A stretch of 64,000 bases of DNA from a virus. Of the stretch, positions 60,741 through 64,000 are shown piece after piece (position 1 is the stretch's first letter; every line of letters starts with the position of its first letter). A program made the position numbers and the translations under genes. Location of the stretch: positions 32,001 through 96,000 of IMG/VR virus record IMGVR_UViG_3300023210_000013; one strand, written 5' to 3'. A model generated the notes under the pieces. The model was not told the DNA's origin. It made no database searches and saw nothing but the letters and a program-made list of their open reading frames with translations.

Positions 60741-61358
60741 ATGCAAAACAAAGTTCAAATTGTCCCTGATGAGTTAGGGAACGTAATCTGTATGTCTAAT
60801 AATCCTGAGTTTGGATATGTAAGACTATCACAAGACAGCCATAAAGTAACAAATGGTTTTGTTAAGAAAATACCACTTAGTACACTGTTACACGGTGAGT
60901 TAGAAAGCTTACGTAGCATGGATGTTCAAAACAAAACTGAATTATCTGGTAAAATTATTGTTAAAGAACAGCTTACACCATTTAGTACAGAAAACTCTGA
61001 TAGAGATTATAAAATAGCAGGTAACACTGGTATTATTTGTTGTGTACATGGTGAACCTATTTATAGGAAAACATTCTTTACTGAAGATGTAACAGCTGAA
61101 AACATATTACTTGACCATACTAATGGTGATGCAATACGTTCAGCTAATAATGCACCTGTTGATGCTAAAATGCTTAAGATAAACAAATCTAAGCCAGTAG
61201 CAGTAGTAACACCAGAACAAGCATTTGATATAGAAGACAAGACTACTGATAATCAAGTAGATCTTGAAGATGCTATTGAAGAAGCTAATGACACTGAAGT
61301 AGTTGTCAATGAACAAGAAGAAGTAGAAGTCTTAGAAGAATCTACATTTGAGTTATAA
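60741..61358 (+). CDS. Hypothetical protein, possibly ssDNA-binding
   Basis: Beta-rich N-terminus and an acidic tail ending in FEL; followed by a terminator. Confidence 0.4.
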   Translation: MQNKVQIVPDELGNVICMSNNPEFGYVRLSQDSHKVTNGFVKKIPLSTLLHGELESLRSMDVQNKTELSGKIIVKEQLTPFSTENSDRDYKIAGNTGIICCVHGEPIYRKTFFTEDVTAENILLDHTNGDAIRSANNAPVDAKMLKINKSKPVAVVTPEQAFDIEDKTTDNQVDLEDAIEEANDTEVVVNEQEEVEVLEESTFEL

Positions 61359-61382
61359 ACTTTAACTCATTAATTATTAAAG

Positions 61383-61411
61383 AGCCTCAGTAGAAATACT
61401 GGGGCTTTTTT
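61383..61411 (+). terminator. Intrinsic terminator
   Basis: AGCCTCAGTA-GAAA-TACTGGGGCT followed by a T-run. Confidence 0.85.
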
Positions 61412-61441
61412 ATTTACTAACCATTTTACATCCTTTCACAC

Positions 61442-61954
61442 ATGCTAACACAAGAACAAAAACAAACCTTAGAGCTTCAGAATAATATAGCTATTCTGCA
61501 AGCAAGAGAGTCCCGCTATATGTATTTAGGCTTATTGTCTGAATATCAGTTACAACCTGAGATTATTGCTCAGAAACTTGTTTATACAAAGTTAAATCCT
61601 CAACAACATTTCTTATTTAAGAGAGTGTTACACGGTTTAAACATTTATAAACCTGAAGAACAATCCAATTTACACTGGGATAAGAAAAGACGTGTAAAAA
61701 AAGTTTGGCAACGTGGTCAACGTGAAGTTAATGCTTGGAAACAAGTAATTTGCAATAAGTATGCAGCAAAAATCCTTGGTAATTTTACTAAGACTGGAGC
61801 TGGTGAATACTTAAACTCAATCCCTGTGGATGAGATAGACCATGAATACATTAATACTATGTCTTTAAAAGATTTAGGAATTAAGTATGAAGACTTGATA
61901 CTATTCTATATGAATAAAGGCTTATTACCTAGAAACTTTTTATCTTTGAAATAA
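61442..61954 (+). CDS. Hypothetical protein
   Basis: Clean ORF, TAATG-coupled to the next gene. Confidence 0.55.
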   Translation: MLTQEQKQTLELQNNIAILQARESRYMYLGLLSEYQLQPEIIAQKLVYTKLNPQQHFLFKRVLHGLNIYKPEEQSNLHWDKKRRVKKVWQRGQREVNAWKQVICNKYAAKILGNFTKTGAGEYLNSIPVDEIDHEYINTMSLKDLGIKYEDLILFYMNKGLLPRNFLSLK

Positions 61955-62355
61955 TGAAGACAAAAAAGAAAATATGTAACAATTGCAATACTGAGCAGTT
62001 CATTTGGAAAAATGATAAAGGCAGCCGGTATTGCAAAAGTTGCTGGTATAGATCAATGGAAACTAAAAAACCATTGAAAGCTAGAAAACCTTTGAATCCA
62101 AAATCAAAGAGAATGCAAACCACAGATTTAGCGTATAGTAAATTACGCAAGAAATTTATGGAACAGAAACCAATGTGTGAAGCAGCACTTCCTGTATGTA
62201 ATGGGCCATCAACTGATGTTCATCACAAAAAAGGACGTGGTAAATATCACCTTAAAGTAAGTACTTGGTTATCTGTATGTAGACAGTGTCACACATGGAT
62301 AGAAGAACATCCTCATGAAGCAAAAGAATTAGGATTTTCTGAATCAAGACATTAA
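61954..62355 (+). CDS. HNH-type endonuclease with N-terminal zinc finger
   Basis: CNNC..CKSC; CEAALPVC...DVHHKKGRG...LSVCRQCHTWI. Confidence 0.7.
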   Translation: MKTKKKICNNCNTEQFIWKNDKGSRYCKSCWYRSMETKKPLKARKPLNPKSKRMQTTDLAYSKLRKKFMEQKPMCEAALPVCNGPSTDVHHKKGRGKYHLKVSTWLSVCRQCHTWIEEHPHEAKELGFSESRH

Positions 62356-62371
62356 TCATAAAAAAAGCAAG

Positions 62372-62536
62372 ATGAAAGAAAAATTTATTAAAAGCCGTAA
62401 AGAATACTATGAATCAAAAGGTTTAGGTCAAGGTAAAACTGAAAGACAATATAAAACAGCAATGAAAGTTATATTGTATTCATATTTTGTATTAATATTA
62501 GTAACATTATATCTTATATATGATACGTATTTATAA
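62372..62536 (+). CDS. 54-aa single-TM protein
   Basis: Hand-translated as MKEKFIKSRK...VILYSYFVLILVTLYLIYDTYL. Confidence 0.5.
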   Translation: MKEKFIKSRKEYYESKGLGQGKTERQYKTAMKVILYSYFVLILVTLYLIYDTYL

Positions 62537-62717
62537 AAAACAAAAACATAAAGCTGCTATATCTGATTATGTAACTAAATTACAGTGGGACACTATCAAT
62601 ACTGTACTTGATGCACAGAAAACTGGTAAGTGGACTAAGAAAACAGAAGTTCATTTAAATAACAACGCAAAGCTTATAAAAAAATACCAAAGAAGATTAA
62701 GCCTTTTAAGATTTTAA
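62520..62717 (+). CDS. Basic hypothetical protein
   Basis: ORF abutting the helicase start. Confidence 0.5.
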   Translation: MIRIYKKQKHKAAISDYVTKLQWDTINTVLDAQKTGKWTKKTEVHLNNNAKLIKKYQRRLSLLRF

Positions 62718-62718
62718 A

Positions 62719-63819
62719 ATGACATACAGAGAAGTAGTACAAAAAGATGCATTAGCTATAGCTGTGCAACATAAAAGATGTGGATTAGGCGTATCAATGG
62801 GTGTAGGTAAAACAAGAATTGCTATACAACACTTACAAAGAAACTATAATCCTTTTATAAAAGCCTTGGTAGTAATACCAAAAAATGCAGTAGCACAGTC
62901 TTGGATTGATGAATTAGGTAAAATGGGAATAGAATCCTTAGTTAAACACATAACGTTTACTACATATTTATCATTAAAGAAACATGAACCTAATGATTAT
63001 GATGTTGTCTATTTAGATGAATGCCATAGCTTGTTAGACAAACATGAACTTTTCTTGTCAAAATTTACAGGAAAAATACTGGGTTTAACAGGTACACCAC
63101 CAGTAAGATCAGGAACAGAAAAGTATAGAATGGTTGCAAAATATTGCCCTATTAAATATGAATTCTCTGTTGATGAAGCAACTGAAGGTAAAATCTTAAA
63201 TAACTATTCAATTGTAGTACATGAATTAACTTTATCTCAAGTTCCAAATTATAAAAAGAAGAACAAGAAGGGTGGTTTTTGGCATACAACTGAATTAAAA
63301 GATTATAACTACGTAACTCAAAGAGTAGCTGAGGCTAATACACCTAAACAAAAGCAATTTGCTTCTATTATGCGTATGAGAGCTTTGATGGACTATACTA
63401 CTAAAGAAGTATATACTAAAGCACTGCTTAGTAATCTTTCAAGTAAAGCTATTGTATTTGCTAATACACAAGATCAAGCAGATAGAATTTGTAAGCATAG
63501 TTATCATTCTAATAATCCACAATCTGATTATAACCTTGAGTTATTTTCAGATGGAAGAATAGATAAACTATCTTGTGTAGCTCAATTAAGTGAGGGTATA
63601 TCAATACCTAATCTTAAACAAGGAGTTATTATGCATGCGTATGGTAATGAAAGAAAGACTGCACAAAGAATTGGTAGACTGTTAAGATTAAATCCTAATG
63701 ATACAGCAATATGTCACATTCTAATGTACAAAGGTACACAAGATGAAAGATGGGTTGAGACATCATTAAAAGGTTTTGATCAAACAAAAATTAAACATTA
63801 TAATCCTTTAAAACAATAA
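62719..63819 (+). CDS. Superfamily 2 (DExH) helicase
   Basis: GVGKT, LDECH, GLTGTP, LSEGISIP and QRIGRLLR motifs. Confidence 0.9.
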   Translation: MTYREVVQKDALAIAVQHKRCGLGVSMGVGKTRIAIQHLQRNYNPFIKALVVIPKNAVAQSWIDELGKMGIESLVKHITFTTYLSLKKHEPNDYDVVYLDECHSLLDKHELFLSKFTGKILGLTGTPPVRSGTEKYRMVAKYCPIKYEFSVDEATEGKILNNYSIVVHELTLSQVPNYKKKNKKGGFWHTTELKDYNYVTQRVAEANTPKQKQFASIMRMRALMDYTTKEVYTKALLSNLSSKAIVFANTQDQADRICKHSYHSNNPQSDYNLELFSDGRIDKLSCVAQLSEGISIPNLKQGVIMHAYGNERKTAQRIGRLLRLNPNDTAICHILMYKGTQDERWVETSLKGFDQTKIKHYNPLKQ

Positions 63820-63821
63820 TC

Positions 63822-64000
63822 ATGGGAAAAATGAAAGAAGTTCTTATGGACATGATCCAGAAAGAGTATGGTTCTTATGAAAATTATCAAAGAACTTTAA
63901 ATGAAGATGCCGCTACACAGTGGGTACATAAAGATACACCTTGTCCTAATTGTAATAGACAAACTTTAATGCAAAATGAAAATTTAGCAATTAATTGTGA
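63822..64000 (+). CDS. Partial zinc-ribbon protein (truncated by the window edge)
   Basis: MGKMKEVL...TPCPNC...AINC, open to the end of the window. Confidence 0.5.
   Translation, partial: MGKMKEVLMDMIQKEYGSYENYQRTLNEDAATQWVHKDTPCPNCNRQTLMQNENLAINC

Noticed and set aside
1-64000. Stop-codon reassignment (TAG or TGA), known in some crAss-like phages
   Set aside because: Long genes are intact in the standard code. TAG ends genes at sensible boundaries (21009, 25704, 38944, 40249) and so does TGA (52788).

Overview
This AT-rich window looks like part of a crAss-like (Crassvirales-type) podovirus of a Bacteroidota host, probably an aquatic or flavobacterial one. That call is inferred from gene order and motifs; no database search was run. 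Positions 1-55.5 kb are one minus-strand late/virion block. In transcription order it holds small basic proteins, an endolysin, HU/IHF-like and PD-(D/E)XK genes, GroES, terminase, portal, scaffold-like and major capsid proteins, ring proteins, a Dps/ferritin-like gene, tail fibre, collagen and Cys-rich FN3 proteins, a metallophosphoesterase, a 2041-aa muzzle-like protein and a run of large putative ejected cargo proteins. The strand switches at about 55.6 kb. The plus-strand early region opens with two tandem paralogues behind C-rich repeats. It continues with about 1.4 kb carrying densely base-paired non-coding elements, small membrane and lipoprotein genes, then HTH, HNH and SF2 helicase genes. 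The standard genetic code is used. The best candidates for new biology are the structured ncRNA cluster, the G-quadruplex-like early control region and a motif-delimited, cassette-like cargo protein carrying three predicted peptidoglycan hydrolase domains.
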